This document shows, in pieces, positions 25,794-38,145 of a stretch of 64,000 nucleotides of DNA. The DNA lies in assembly GCF_006345805.1 (NCBI RefSeq), contig NC_043001.1:93930001-93994000 (forward strand), given 5' to 3'. Under the pieces are notes generated by a model that was given only the letters and a program-made list of their open reading frames with translations, was not told the DNA's origin and ran no database searches. A program made the position numbers and the translations under genes. Numbering within the stretch: the first letter of the stretch is position 1; each line of letters opens with the position of its first letter. This DNA comes from Octopus sinensis. Taxonomy: Eukaryota.

Positions 25794-26180
25794 TTGTCTG
25801 GAAACACATCAAGAAGCACTGAAGGCGCTAGTGCGAAAAGGGTTCGTAAATGGATTACACCGGATGTTAAACTTGATGTTTTAAAATTTTTTCATGCGGG
25901 AGGAAAACTAATTTATATTGGCAATATATTAAATCTTGTAAAGTGTACCGAGGGAGAAATACGTGATAACAGAATGAAAATGATATCATGTGTACAAGGA
26001 TCTACCCCATTAACTTTCCGGGGCTTATTTTGCCATAGATCTGATCTAATGCTTAAAACAGAACGACCCTCGAGAGTATGGATCAATAATCAGTAGCAGC
26101 GTAAAGTGTAGGTAGACATGATAATTATTAAAAAGAAACTAAATGTTTCAATGAGAATTTACAGAAAAAAGAAGGGGGAA
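25794..26180 (+). mobile_element. Tigger/pogo transposase N-terminal (CENP-B-type HTH) remnant
   Basis: AKRVRKWITPDVKLDVLKFF..GGKL..IGNILNL...IRDN...HRSDLMLKTER..VWINNQ. Confidence 0.75.
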
Positions 26181-26259
26181 CATTTAGCATAATCCTATGA
26201 ACCCGGAAAATTTAAAACAGAGGGTTAACCACTTGCAAACAAATAGGATAACATGTAAC

Positions 26260-26531
26260 ATTATTGACCGAGGTTACCGTGGTCTTTTCCGTAGGCTTTT
26301 CTTCCCACGGATAAACCTTATCTGCTTCCCCCCTTTACACTTTACATCATGACACTGTGATACACGATCCCTATTGATCGTTTTTTTTCTTTTCCCTTTT
26401 TTCTTCTTTCCCTTTTACCATCCCTTTTGATCGAAAACCTACCCCACCCTTTTTTTTCTCTCCCCTCAAAAGAAAAGTTCTACTTTGTAATCTGTCCCGT
26501 CTGCGTGCAGCCCGTGTGGCTAGTAAAGAAA
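26260..26531 (+). mobile_element. 3' end of an L1/Tx1-like element
   Basis: Pyrimidine-rich UTR ending tgtcccgtctgcgtgcagcccgtgtggctagtaaagaaa; same terminal motif as 22860-22905. Confidence 0.5.
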
Positions 26532-27308
26532 CATATCTAGTGCTGCCAAGGTAGTGAATGTATAGAATATACTTATTTTTCTATGAGTTAACGTTTAGCC
26601 AGTTGTATTCGGCAGTGCTTATTGTACTTTTCTCAATGTAGCTGTATATATTCTTATAGTAACGTAAACGTAACTCTATTATCCGGTTTTACCCAGTTTT
26701 CTAAAATGTGCAAATTATCGATAAACCATATTTATTGATAGTTCTAATTTTGTGTTTTAAGGAAATACAATTACTACATTTTTATAACAATTATTTTATC
26801 GTAATTATACTATTACAAATATTTTATCAGTTTTCATCATAATTATTTCTATCAAATATGTTTTATTCGACAATTTCTTTTACTTTTTACTGAGGTACAC
26901 CATTTATATATTTGTTCTAATTTAAGGTGTTCTGATGCAAAAAACCTGCTTACCTCAACTAATGAGCATGAAACATAAAACTAATCTCAAGAGGAACATG
27001 AATGTGTCGCTTCACGTTCAGCGATCGAGACGAACTCTCTCTGGGATTACTGATCCTTTTGGGAAAAGAGTGTAACTGTGGAAACTGAAGGCGTTTAATC
27101 GGAAATTGTGTATCTAATGAGTTTTGTGGAAAGCGTGGATTGAGATCGTCTCACTTAGTGCAACCAGTTATAATAGTGGCGTTGAATACACGAAGAATAA
27201 AGGTTCTGACAGCTAATTTCCTAACATAACAGTCTCTTTGCTTTCAAATTGCGTATGCATGGTAATCCGCGCGCCTACATTCAGCTATAAATTGTAAGGA
27301 AGGACAAT

Positions 27309-27540
27309 GCGGCGAGCTGGCAGAAACATTAGTGCAGCAGACGAAATGCTTAGCGGTATTTCGTCTGCCGCTACGTTCTGAGTTCAAATTCAGCCGAGGT
27401 CGACTTTGCCTTTCATTCTTTCGGGATCGATTAAACAAGCACCAGTTACGCACTGGGGTCGATATAATCAACTTAATCCGTTTGTCTGTCTTTGTTTGTC
27501 CTCTCTTGTGTTTAGCCCCTTTGTGGGTAGTAAAGAAATA
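27309..27540 (+). mobile_element. SINE family A, full length, tail A1
   Basis: ggcgagctggcagaa head, gagttcaaatt B-box, Meta-domain-like body gaggtcgactttgcctttcat; tail ends gtgggtagtaaagaaata. Confidence 0.92.
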
Positions 27541-27850
27541 TGTAAGGAAGGACAGCATTGTCAGGAAGAGAACTGAGAAGAAAATCTATTGCGTAGTTGA
27601 CATTATTGACAATGCCAGATACAGCGTGAACAGCCTTGTACCATTAGGATGGGCTGTTACTTCCTGAATGACTCTCTCCTTAATACCTTGCAAAATGGGA
27701 TTTTGATGATCCAGGCATTTCACCCTTCAGAAAGCCACTCATGCGTTCTATAATTCTAAGAGGATAAAAAATATTTTCATAATAATTTTTAGTTATGAAT
27801 TGATGATTGGGTTACCATTTTTTTCTGTTTTGTGAGTTTATGTCTCCAAC

Positions 27851-27970
27851 ATCGTGGAGCTTTAGGTGCTTTCGCTCAGTAAACACACACAACGCCCGGT
27901 CTGGGAATCGAAACCGTGATCCTCCGACCGCGAGTCCGCTGCCCTATCCATTGGGCCATTGCGCCTCCAC
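27851..27970 (-). mobile_element. Head C SINE, 5' fragment
   Basis: Reverse complement gtggaggcgcaatggcccaatggatagggcagcggactcgcgg.. matches the 6566 head. Confidence 0.8.
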
Positions 27971-29171
27971 TGTTGCTGCTATTCGCCAACTTCGTCGCTG
28001 TAAAAAAAAAGCACAAACAAAACAAACAAACCAAAACACAGTCGGGTTGACAGAGTTCATATTTAAAGCACACGAAGCTAAAATAGTAACGAAAATTATT
28101 TTCCAAACACTCAGAGACAGAAACCCAAGATAAACGACCACAGGCATAGAAAAGGCACTTATGTATACATTATCAGGAAGTGTTAAAGACATAAAAAATA
28201 TTGAAATTAAGCTATTAGAGATTCTTTGAAAGAAACATTCAGTCTCTTGAAGACGGATCTCAATTATCTGATCTACGCTTCTCAGACAAATTTAGATAAT
28301 CTCTACTTCTGTTCATTCCAGTAAACTTATAGCAGGAGATGCAAAAATACCTAACCAGAAATCAGTTTGTAAGCAATGTTAATTGTTTAAAGTTCCTATT
28401 CGCAGATATAGCGTCAGCGATACAGGAATTTCTGAAATTTTCTCAAGCGCATCTGCATTTTATTTCGTTGATGACTTGTGCACATTTTGTGTAGTAGAAG
28501 TTTAATTTATACAGAACTTCCTAGATTTTATCTTCCCATTGTACACTCATGTTTTCACATGCTATATTGACGCCTACGTACCCTTCATTCAATTTCCGGC
28601 TAGTTCTACTGTTTTTGGTTTATATTCTTTATTTTCAAATTCTCTTTCTTTTCTCTTCCTATCTTCCTATTTAATGAATTATGATCAGGTTGGCTCCTAT
28701 GTTTTTACCCTGAATCCCATGCTGTCATTAATTTACTGTTCAATCGAGTTTTGTAATACGTTTGCATAAGACGCATATTTTCTATTAATGGTAACCAATA
28801 TGTTGCTTGTTGTGGCTGTTGTTAGTCTATTTGCTTTTCATGGTGATGGTTTGTTTCTTGTTATTTTATTCTTTTCCTTTTTTATGTGTGTTGTTGCTTT
28901 TTGTTTTGAAGCAATAGATTTTAGGTGTGATTTTGAGTTATTAGCATCGGTCTCTCTCTTCACATTCACTGCAAGAACCAGTTTTGGATTTATTGTTGTC
29001 GAAGATAAATCTAGGCCGTGATAACGGGCAACTGGATCTGTTTAAAAATGAACGAATAGAAATATAGCATCTTTTTACTCACTGCTTCATCAACATCAAA
29101 CGGGTCATTAAAATATATATATACGTACGTACATACATTCATACATATATATATATTTATATATATATATA

Positions 29172-29398
29172 TATTTCTTTACTACCCACAAGGGCTAAAC
29201 ACAGGGGACAAACAAGGACAGACAAACGGATTAAGTCGATTATATCGACCCCAGTGTGTACTGGTACTTATTTAATCGACCCCGAAAGGATGAAAGGCAA
29301 AGTCGACCTCGGCGGAATTTGAACTCAGAGCGTAACGGCAGACGAAATACGGCTACGAATTTCGCCTGGCGTGCTAAAGATTCTGCCAGCTCGCCGCC
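29172..29398 (-). mobile_element. SINE family A, full length, tail A1
   Basis: Near-consensus copy. Confidence 0.92.
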
Positions 29399-29474
29399 AT
29401 ATATATATCAATAATACTATATTTGTTCCACGTCCTCGCGTTGTGTTTTTTTTTTTGTTTTCTTGTTTGGATTA

Positions 29475-29504
<30 letters not shown>

Positions 29505-29511
<7 letters not shown>

Positions 29512-29925
29512 CTAAATGGGACCAGAACGCTAAAACATCCGGACGACTAGGTGATAAAAAAAGGGACAACAAAACATCGGGGTAGACGATACAAAAAACA
29601 AGTACGGGTCATTCGAAGCCTTTTATCCTTAGCCAAGAACCGGATCATCCTCGCAATTTCGGTTGATCAATCTTGAGATTGCTCCACTCTGATCAGCCCC
29701 AAGGAAAAAACTAAGCTAAGAGCATTAGACTCCTGGGAAAAAAGCATCGAAAACAAGGACGGAAAAACAGATAATGCTACACGAATAAAATACAATAAAA
29801 GCAATAATAATCATAATAACGAGCAATCTCAAGATTTTGTGTATCGTCTATATGGATGTTTTGTTGTCATTTTTTGTATCACCTAGTTGTCCGGATGTTT
29901 TGCGTTCTGGTCCCATTTTGTATTT
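29505..29925. repeat. Inverted-repeat element (arms about 29505-29597 and 29836-29925), probably a Penelope-type pseudo-LTR rearrangement
   Basis: aaatgggaccagaacgc.aaaacatccggac.actaggtgata occurs in both orientations, plus an inner IR atcttgagattgctc/gagcaatctcaagat. Confidence 0.7.
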
Positions 29926-30754
29926 TATATACACATATATAGCGGCCTACGTACACTTTGTTCTCTATTATATATATATAATATTACCAACAAGCATAAT
30001 AAATAGCTCTATGTATAAAACAACATGATGACTTATTCGGCGGTCACCTCAGGAAAAATAAATGCAAAAGTTTTAGTCGACTTAAGCTAGAAAAATAAAC
30101 ATAATTTTCATAACTCATACTAGCCTAAGACCAGCGAGGATTTCTAGAGTGCTGACATTATTTTTAAAAACCAAATTAATTAGTTTTTGCTGCTGACAAT
30201 AAACAACTAGAAATTCAAGTACAGACAGCACCTGGATTTACATCAGCAATTGTTGCGAGAATCGGATTAGAAAATACGCCAAGACAACCCTGTAAAAAAT
30301 AATTAATTATAAAGAAAACAAATTGATAAAACGTTACGGACAGAATGTTTTAAGAGAATTACATTTCAGATGGTGTTTCTCCGTCGGTATCGACGAAGAG
30401 CCTACTGTTGTTCAGATAACCGAATTATTGTAAGTGAAATTAACGTGCAGGTGGTTGACTATTACTCAGATAGTTGTACATTTAACGCAAATCATTGGTC
30501 GAATTATTGCGATACAATATGATAGATATAGGACGTTTGAATGAGATATGTAGGAGACAGAGCGATGGAAAGAGATTGAGAGAGAGGGAGAGAGAGAGAG
30601 AAGGAGACAGACGAAGAATTGATCAAAAGAAAATGGTCCATGATTTAAAGTCCATCAAAGTACGAATGGTAGAACTGACTTCCGCTGGATTTGGACACTC
30701 AGCTTACATTTTGGGAGAGCAGGATAGTCGATTATATCGAACCAAGTACTCGAC

Positions 30755-30927
30755 TGTTACTCGGCATTTCGTCCGTCATTACGTTCTGATTTTCAATTCC
30801 TCCGAGGTTGAACTTGCCTTTTATCGTTTCAGGATTGATAAATTAAGCACCAGTCAAGTAGTGGGGTTCGATGTGATCGACGTACTGCTCACCGCACATT
30901 TCAGGTTTTGTGCCTATAGTAGAAAGG

Positions 30928-30930
<3 letters not shown>
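30755..30930 (+). mobile_element. SINE A (5'-truncated) with A2 tail ending in (ATT)n
   Basis: ..ttcaattcctccgaggttgaacttgcc..ttgtgcctatagtagaaaggattattatt. Confidence 0.75.
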
Positions 30931-30968
<38 letters not shown>

Positions 30969-30969
<1 letters not shown>

Positions 30970-32170
30970 TTCTCCTTATCACAAGTTTTCTTGGAGCTCC
31001 TGGAGTCTTGCATGCATAGCGGGCTTACTACCTGCAGCCAACGGTACCATGCTATTCATTCTTTCCTGATTATTCTGGCCGTGCCAAGGAGGCAACACTT
31101 TTGTAACAGTTCCACTGGGCACTCTATTCCAATTTCCTGTATATTCCTCTTGATGCCTTCTGATACTGTTCCTAAGGACCCAACAATAATTGGCGTGCCA
31201 GTCTCTGAAGTTTGTACTCATACCACGTCTTGCCTCTCTCTAGCTCTCACTTTTCGCACAGTTTCCACTGTAGTACATTCGCTACCTGGTAGTGTCACCA
31301 CAACTTGTAGTGTGGCTGTGTGGTAAGTAGCTTGCTTACGAACCACATAGTTCTGGGTTCAGTCCCACTGCGTGGGCAAGTGTCTTCTACTATAGCCTCG
31401 GGCCAAACAAAGCCTTGTGAGTGGATTTAGTTTGCGGAAACTGAAAGAAGCCCATCGTATATATGTATGTGTGTGTGCGTGTATGTATGTTTGTGTGTCT
31501 GTGTTTGCACCCACCCCAGCATCGCTTGACAACTGATGCTGGTTTGTTTACGTTCCTGTAACTTAGCGGTTCGGCAAAAGAGACAGATATAATTAGCACT
31601 AGGCTTACAACGAATAAGATTTGTTCGAATAAAGGCGGTGCTACAGCATAGCCACAGTCAAATGACTGAAACAAATAAAAGAGTAAAAAAGGAAAAAGAA
31701 TAAGTCTGGGATAGTCGTTCGGGATAGGAGCATTGGTTTCATCTACTCTATTGCAGATGCAGTACAACGGAGACACTTGCACATTCCTAAGGTTTGATTC
31801 TCCAGTTCATGGTCCTGCGCTGCTAATAAATTCGCCCAGTCTCTTTTTATAGTGTTCCTTTCATCAGCAATTCCCACCTTTTTTTCCAGCAACTACTGTT
31901 GTGGCTGCGTGGAATTGATTGTGTAGTCCATTTTTGTGTAATTCTTCTTCGTGTCTGTTTTGTACTAATTCCTTTTTTTCCCCTACTTTCAATACTCCCT
32001 CGTTCCTAACTGTCACTAGCAAGGTTTACATACTTTGGGCTGGGTATCTCATTACGCTCTCGAGTTCGACACGCACGTAGTCTTCCGCAGTTATCAGTCC
32101 TCTTCTTCCATCTGCTCTCTCCATGTTTATACAATTTCAAGAGGATTTTTTAAATGCATCATTAATAATT
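30969..32170 (-). mobile_element. Decayed R4-clade LINE with internal deletion, split by a SINE B insertion
   Basis: Minus strand: MERADGRRGLITAEDYVRVELE, SPLYCICNRVDET, VHWKLCEK..KTWYEY, then PIIVGSLGTVSEGIKRNIQEIGIECPVELLQKCCLLGTARIIRKE* and a UTR ending at (AAT)n. Confidence 0.8.
31310..31700 (+). mobile_element. SINE family B
   Basis: Head, internal TG microsatellite and 3' end cagtcaaatgactgaaacaaataaaa. Confidence 0.9.
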
Positions 32171-32250
32171 TGGCGCTTGTGATTTTGGGAGTCTGTAGAA
32201 GTAGCTAGTTTTGTTTTCAAAAGAGTTCGATGGTTACATTCTTTTTTACG

Positions 32251-32421
32251 AACATATCATGGCAGTCCTGGTTTAGGATTAATGTTGCTGTAATTTAGTC
32301 CCAGGAGACATCGTCTCCAGTTGGCTATACGACACGATCTGTGTCATTACATTTTCGATGATGTCTCCTGGGGATAAATTACAGCAACATTAGTCCTAAA
32401 CCAGGACTGCCATGTTATGTT
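32251..32421. mobile_element. Palindromic MITE-like element with about 60-bp arms
   Basis: aacat.catggcagtcctggtttagga.taatgttgctgtaattta..cccaggagacatc inverted at both ends. Confidence 0.8.
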
Positions 32422-32589
32422 GGCAAACAATCTTTACTAGAAAGTACTGTTGCTGAATATCTTATGTTGTGAGATTTAAAAGTAGTAATTTTATAAGATC
32501 ACATTCTTTGTCAAGCTTGTTAGGTGTTGATGAATGAGTATGTTCAGTTTTGTCGTCGTTTTTAATTTTTGGCATTTTTTATTCTATCA

Positions 32590-33440
32590 TAATAGGTCAT
32601 ATCTCAGTAGAGATAATATAGCATTTTTGGTGTGTTCTACGTCCATAATTACTACAACACTTCCCTTATTTGCTTCCTTAATTATTATGTTATTGATTTT
32701 GAGGTTATGCATAATTTCTCAGCCTTTTTGACTGGTAGTGGGTTTGCTTTTAGGATTTGGTAGTCCTTTATATGGGAAGGTGGATATAAAATCACAAAAT
32801 TTATCTAATTCTTCACTCTTACCTTTCGTAGACCTGTAATTGCTTTTGTTTCTTACAATTGATTCTTCCTTGTTATCAAAATCGAGTGATTCCTCTGTTA
32901 GGCGCAGTTCTTTTACAGAACTGTAACATATTGTCATGGAAATTCGCGTATTGTGGTGTTGGTGTAAACTTTAGGTGTTTTGAGAGAATAATGATTTTTT
33001 GTACTAAAAAGGATATTTTGGATAGGTTAAATATCTTTGGTTTCTGACCGGATGTCAAGAATTCTGTAGGCTGGGTAATAAAAATAAATGATCTTCCAAA
33101 TTCGTCCTTGAATTGGTATTTATGTATCCTTTGATGTTTTCTCTGTTATCATGTCTCCTTTGTATTGGATTTGTTAATTCCTTCGTCTAGATTGTGGTTG
33201 CTTCTGTCTACAATTGTTTTTCAACTTGTTATATATTATTTGTTGAGTAGGTTGTAGTCTTCGATTCAATCGAAGCGGAGTGAAAACTCTAAATCTTCTT
33301 GTTGGAGTATTTTGTTATCGGAAAATTCTCGAATAGTCCTTACAGATTGGATGAATAAACTGAATAAAGTTTCCAATCTTAGGTACCTTAGCAGTCGAGT
33401 GAGAATGGAAATTGTGAATTTTAACTTTCTTTAGGAATGG
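32590..33440 (-). mobile_element. Penelope-like element ORF fragment (N-terminal to RT)
   Basis: KIFNLSK...LKFTPTP...LRLTEE..DFDNKEESIVRNKS and NIIIKEANKGSVVVIMD (K.ADKG motif of PLE RTs). Confidence 0.8.
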
Positions 33441-33546
33441 GTTAACCCTGTGTGTGTATATATTTGTGTGTATGGGTGTGTGTGTATGAACATATATATA
33501 TATACATATATACATATATATATCTATATCTATCTATCTATATATA

Positions 33547-33597
<51 letters not shown>

Positions 33598-34218
33598 GTA
33601 TGTATATTTAGGCATGTATGTATATGTATGTATGTATATTTAGGTAAATTGCATATACATAGAAACAATACTGATAATTTTGCATAATTATACATTTATG
33701 CAAATTTGAGTACTTTTAAAATTAAATTATATTAATTTTCATGATTATTCAGTCGCGATATTCGTATCTCCTAAAAGATTTTAGACGTATATGTTCACAG
33801 AAATTTATTAGAAATGTGTGGAATAGCTTTTACAACCTTTCAGCCGTGGTAGTGAAGACAAGTATGTGAATATTGGATGATGCCAATTCTTCTATCGCGT
33901 ACGTTTTTAATAGATCACTTGTATCAGTAACTTAAACAACTCTCTTTCCATTTCTCTTACAAAATATAAAATATCATTCTTATCTAAGAAATCAATATTG
34001 GTTCCTGTCCAATATGAAGCAAAAGGAAACTTTGTTGCAGATTATAGTGTTGACAAAACAAACTCATAATACGTTTCTAACAATTTATCGATGCCAGATT
34101 CATTGACGTTGTAAAGAAATGAAAGCGCTGTAACCTAACGTGATAGTAATTGCAAGATCCCCCCAAGATCAAAAACTTATATCTTATGTGAGGATGAAAA
34201 CATTCAGCTCAACACAAA

Positions 34219-34309
<91 letters not shown>

Positions 34310-34314
<5 letters not shown>

Positions 34315-35085
34315 CGGGAAAGTTTACGAAAATAAACAAAAGACGATGGCAAGTGGAGTACAAACAAACAAATGTATTAGTATAGCGCTCAGGAATAGAA
34401 ATAGAAAAAATCTTTTACGTTTCGAGCCAACGCTCGTTGACAGAAAGATACACAGAAAAAAACAAAGAGATAAACAAGGAGAGAAAAAAATTCGTGTAGG
34501 AGCTAACGATCTATCATGGCGGTTTAGTGGTTAGAGCATCGAGATTGCGATCGTGAGATTGCGAGTTCAATTCCCGGACCGGGCTGCGTGTTGTGTTTTT
34601 GAGCAAGATAATTTATTTTACGTTGCTCCAGTTCATTCAGCTGTAGAAATGAGTTGCGACATCACTGGTACCAAGCTGTATCGGCCTTTGCTTTTCCCTT
34701 GCATAACATAAGTGGTGGGGAGAGGTGAGGCTTGTATGCACGGGCGACTGCTGGCCTTCCACAAACAAACTTTCCCGGACATGTGCCTCGGAGGGTAACT
34801 TTCTAGCGGGAATCCCATGGTCATTCATGACTGAAGGGGGTCTCCTCCACACACAGGGAGAATTTAGAAAAAAAAACAGAAAAACAAAAGACGAAGATGT
34901 GTGTAAACAGCAAAATACCGAAGAGATGTATTGGTTGAACGCTCGGGGAGTGAGAAATGCTTTTATGTTTCGAGCCTACGCTCTTCGACAGAAAGGAACA
35001 CGAGAATAAACAAGGAGAGAAAATTGAAAGAAAAATGGAAAACAGAAAATAGAAAAAGGTTTAGTGGCTAACGATCTAACATGGC
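34310..35085 (-). repeat. Two direct copies of a ~215 bp hammerhead-like unit (CUGU-core family) separated by a SINE
   Basis: Motifs at 34412-34447 and 34960-34995; both units end on + at gctaacgatct..catggc. Confidence 0.65.
34517..34848 (+). mobile_element. tRNA-derived SINE, head D + tail T2
   Basis: tagtggttagagc A-box, gagttcaattcc B-box, ttgagcaaga..tttcacgttgctccagt body; tail ending cccatggtcattcatgactgaagggggtct. Confidence 0.88.
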
Positions 35086-36111
35086 GATGTGCACATTGTT
35101 GTTTATCTACGTGGTATGATACTGTCATCGAGTGGAAATGAAGACACGTTGTCCTATATGTTTCCGCACTAGCTGCGCCGTTCAGGGGATTAATCAAACA
35201 CATACATATCAAAGCAGAAGACGAGCACTGCAAAAACCAACTGATATCGAAATTTAACAGCACCAAGGGAAAGGGAATTGTAAATCAGTGAAAAGATTTA
35301 TATAATATATGATGTTTTATTTTTCTTCTTTTTTCAAAACATGTTACTCAACAACGCAAAAATGTGTTCGGTGGCATAATTAGCACTCAGTTTCGTTGTA
35401 CTATGTTATAAAATTGAATCAACAAATTCATCGATTTGGTGCCTTCCTCGATGATTACCATTAACTAAAGGTCATAATAATATCTCCGATATAAAGAGAG
35501 AAAAAAGTGATTCGATAACTTTGTACCTGTATATGAAATCGATATTAAGAGTCATGAAAAACGTATATTAAAATTGACATCTCTTACGGTTTTCATCTCT
35601 ATGTATGTATCAGTCAGTCAACTTCTATGCTTGAACATGTTGCTTGGTGTGTATGTGGTTTTGAATCTTTTCACAAAATGCAAGCGCATATACTAACAGA
35701 TCTGCTCACAAATATACGCACAACCATACATTACGCATCCATACAAACATACTTACTTATATACATAAGTACATAAGTACGTATGTCAGTACGTATGTAT
35801 GTACGTACGTCTGCACGTAAGAATGTATGAATGTATGTATGTATGTAATTATGTATGTATATATATATATATGTATGTATGAATGTATAGAGTTGTGTCT
35901 GCCATTATATCCTATACATAGATACAAATATATGGCTAATAGAGTAAGATAAATGGCTAAAACAATTTTACACACTCACACACTTAGGTATATATGTATG
36001 CAAGTATGTATGTATGTGGACATTTGTATGCGTAGTTCTATATTTAAGAGATGTGGAATTATGTACATTATTTACATTCGAAGGATATTTGTCCTTATCT
36101 TGTTTGTTGTT

Positions 36112-36157
36112 AACACAACGTTTCAGCTGATATATCCTCCAGCCTTCATCAGGTGTC
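36112..36157 (-). ncRNA. Apparently intact minimal type I hammerhead ribozyme (Penelope type)
   Basis: gacac CTGATGA a ggctgg-aggatata-tcagct GAAA cGTT gtgtt. Stem I 5 bp, stem II 6 bp, palindromic AACGTT stem III. Confidence 0.75.
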
Positions 36158-36189
36158 TTGGGGAAATTTCGAAACTGGGTACTTTCGCG

Positions 36190-36385
36190 TTCAAATGCAC
36201 GTTCCCACGGCTTTATCAATCGCATTCTCAACTGGAATCGATTTTTGTAATTTTTTCAAGTCTTATACACGCCTTGATACCGTCGGTATCTACATATCAA
36301 ATTTGAGCGCAATCGGATGGAGGATGCCCGAGATCTTAGAAGACACATACACAGACAGACAGAACGGATTTTATATAATAGAAGA
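36190..36385 (-). mobile_element. Helitron 5' fragment
   Basis: Minus strand starts A|TCttctattatataaaatccgttctgtctgtctg and contains an atcggatg/gcgcaatc Helitron-N-like segment. Confidence 0.5.
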
Positions 36386-37411
36386 TAACAAAACAGAGTT
36401 TGTATGTGCGTGCGTGCGCACGCGTATTTATTTTATGGATTCGAAAACTGAGTTGCCGAATCTGACGTATGAGGTATCAAAAGACTTAATAATCTATCAA
36501 CTACGAAATATAGTATGTGTTTTTGCACAGCACCACTTTTTCACTACAAAAATAACCTCAGAAACGAGATCGAGTCGCACTATTGTGAGGTCTTTAGATA
36601 AGGGATGCGACTTTGTTTGAACAATATTTGTCTTACATAGTGAACAATGATAAAGTGTTTAAAATACATGGAGTTTTACCAAGAAATGAAACTTCGAAGA
36701 TATACCGTCAAATCTATTATAATAATTTAGTAGATAATCTTTTAACGTGAAGAATATTTGTTTGTGTTTAGTTTAGCCCAGAGTTACCTCTCATGTAGCA
36801 AACCCATTGCATACATTTTCTTGCTTCCTGAAATTCTGTAAATCTGTGTTTATCTTTTTATGAAAGATTATGTTTTAAGAGAGACTTGTCTGCTATTTGT
36901 GCCTTAAGTTACCACAGAAAATCATAATGTGTGGATATGTGTGCCTGTGTGTTTTGCTGTGGTGAAACAAAGAAAACTTTTTCTCAGATTTTACATAAAC
37001 ATTTTTTAAGAGGCCTGGACATCTTTCTTAATGCTAACCATTCAACTGCAAATTACAATCGTCAATTGTTGGAAGTTAGATAGACTTATATGTACATATA
37101 GTGTTATCGTATAGAGCGGAAGTTCAATGCGATTATTTGAACTCATTAACTTGTGGTTAGTGATCAATTTCCTAAATTTGAAGACATTATGATTTTTAAC
37201 ATTATTTTACTGGCTTTAGTCATTCGGCTGTCACCACGATGGAGTATCTCCTTTAAAGATTTAATTGATCATACTGACTTCAGTACGAATTTCAATCTGG
37301 TATTTATTTTATAGAATTCTGTTTGACGAACTGCTAATTCCGAGACATAGAGGGGCACTATATTCGATGTGTGCGTTTACAATTGTAAACGCACACACAC
37401 ACACATATATT

Positions 37412-37565
37412 AGGTACGAGAATAACTTTGTGATTGGTGCGTTTACCTCCCAACCACATGGTTCCGTGTTCAGTCCCTTTGCGTTGGTACCTTGGGCAAG
37501 TGTTTTCTACTATAGCGCTACGCCAACCACAGGATTGTGACTGAGTTTGGTAAACGGAAACTGCA
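37412..37565 (+). mobile_element. SINE B 5' half
   Basis: aaccacatggttccgtgttcagtcc..gtaccttgggcaagtgtt..tactatagc. Confidence 0.8.
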
Positions 37566-37754
37566 GTGCTGTTCATCAGAAAATGTCCGAAAAACATGTT
37601 TATAGAGAAAAGTCGTTTCCTTCAAACTCCTCGTGTGCTGATTCTGCCCATAACAAGGGACCACATAAAACAATGTGGCTGCTGGTTGCAACACCCAGGC
37701 AACAACGGGATATATTGCTAGTATGTGTGTGTGTGTGTGTATCGCTAGCCACTA

Positions 37755-38095
37755 TGCCTTTTTCTATTTCCTCTGCCTGTTTATTTCTGTGTTCCTTTCT
37801 GTGGAAGAGCGTAGGCTCGAAACGTAAAAGACTTTCTCACTTCCCGAGCGTCACACTAATACATCAGTTTGTTGTTTACATACCCGTCTTCGTATTTTGT
37901 TTCTTTGTAAATTCTCACCATATGTGTGTGTATATATATATATATATTACATTAAGAAAATGAAGAAACACATTAGTTGGTTTATCAGCTTTAAGATATT
38001 AGAATGTTGCCTTATTTAATTATCAAAACCACAACAATAATAACATACATATATGCAGTATAAAATTCAATACATTTAAGATAAGAATACAAGTA

Positions 38096-38145
<50 letters not shown>

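Noticed and set aside
28500-29030. Purine-rich, stop-poor minus-strand frames
   Set aside because: May be a decayed retroelement ORF, but there is no motif I can name.
29640-29710. Minus-strand helix ggctgatca/tgatcaacc followed by GAAA
   Set aside because: No CUGANGA-like core and no NUH triplet, so it cannot be called a hammerhead.
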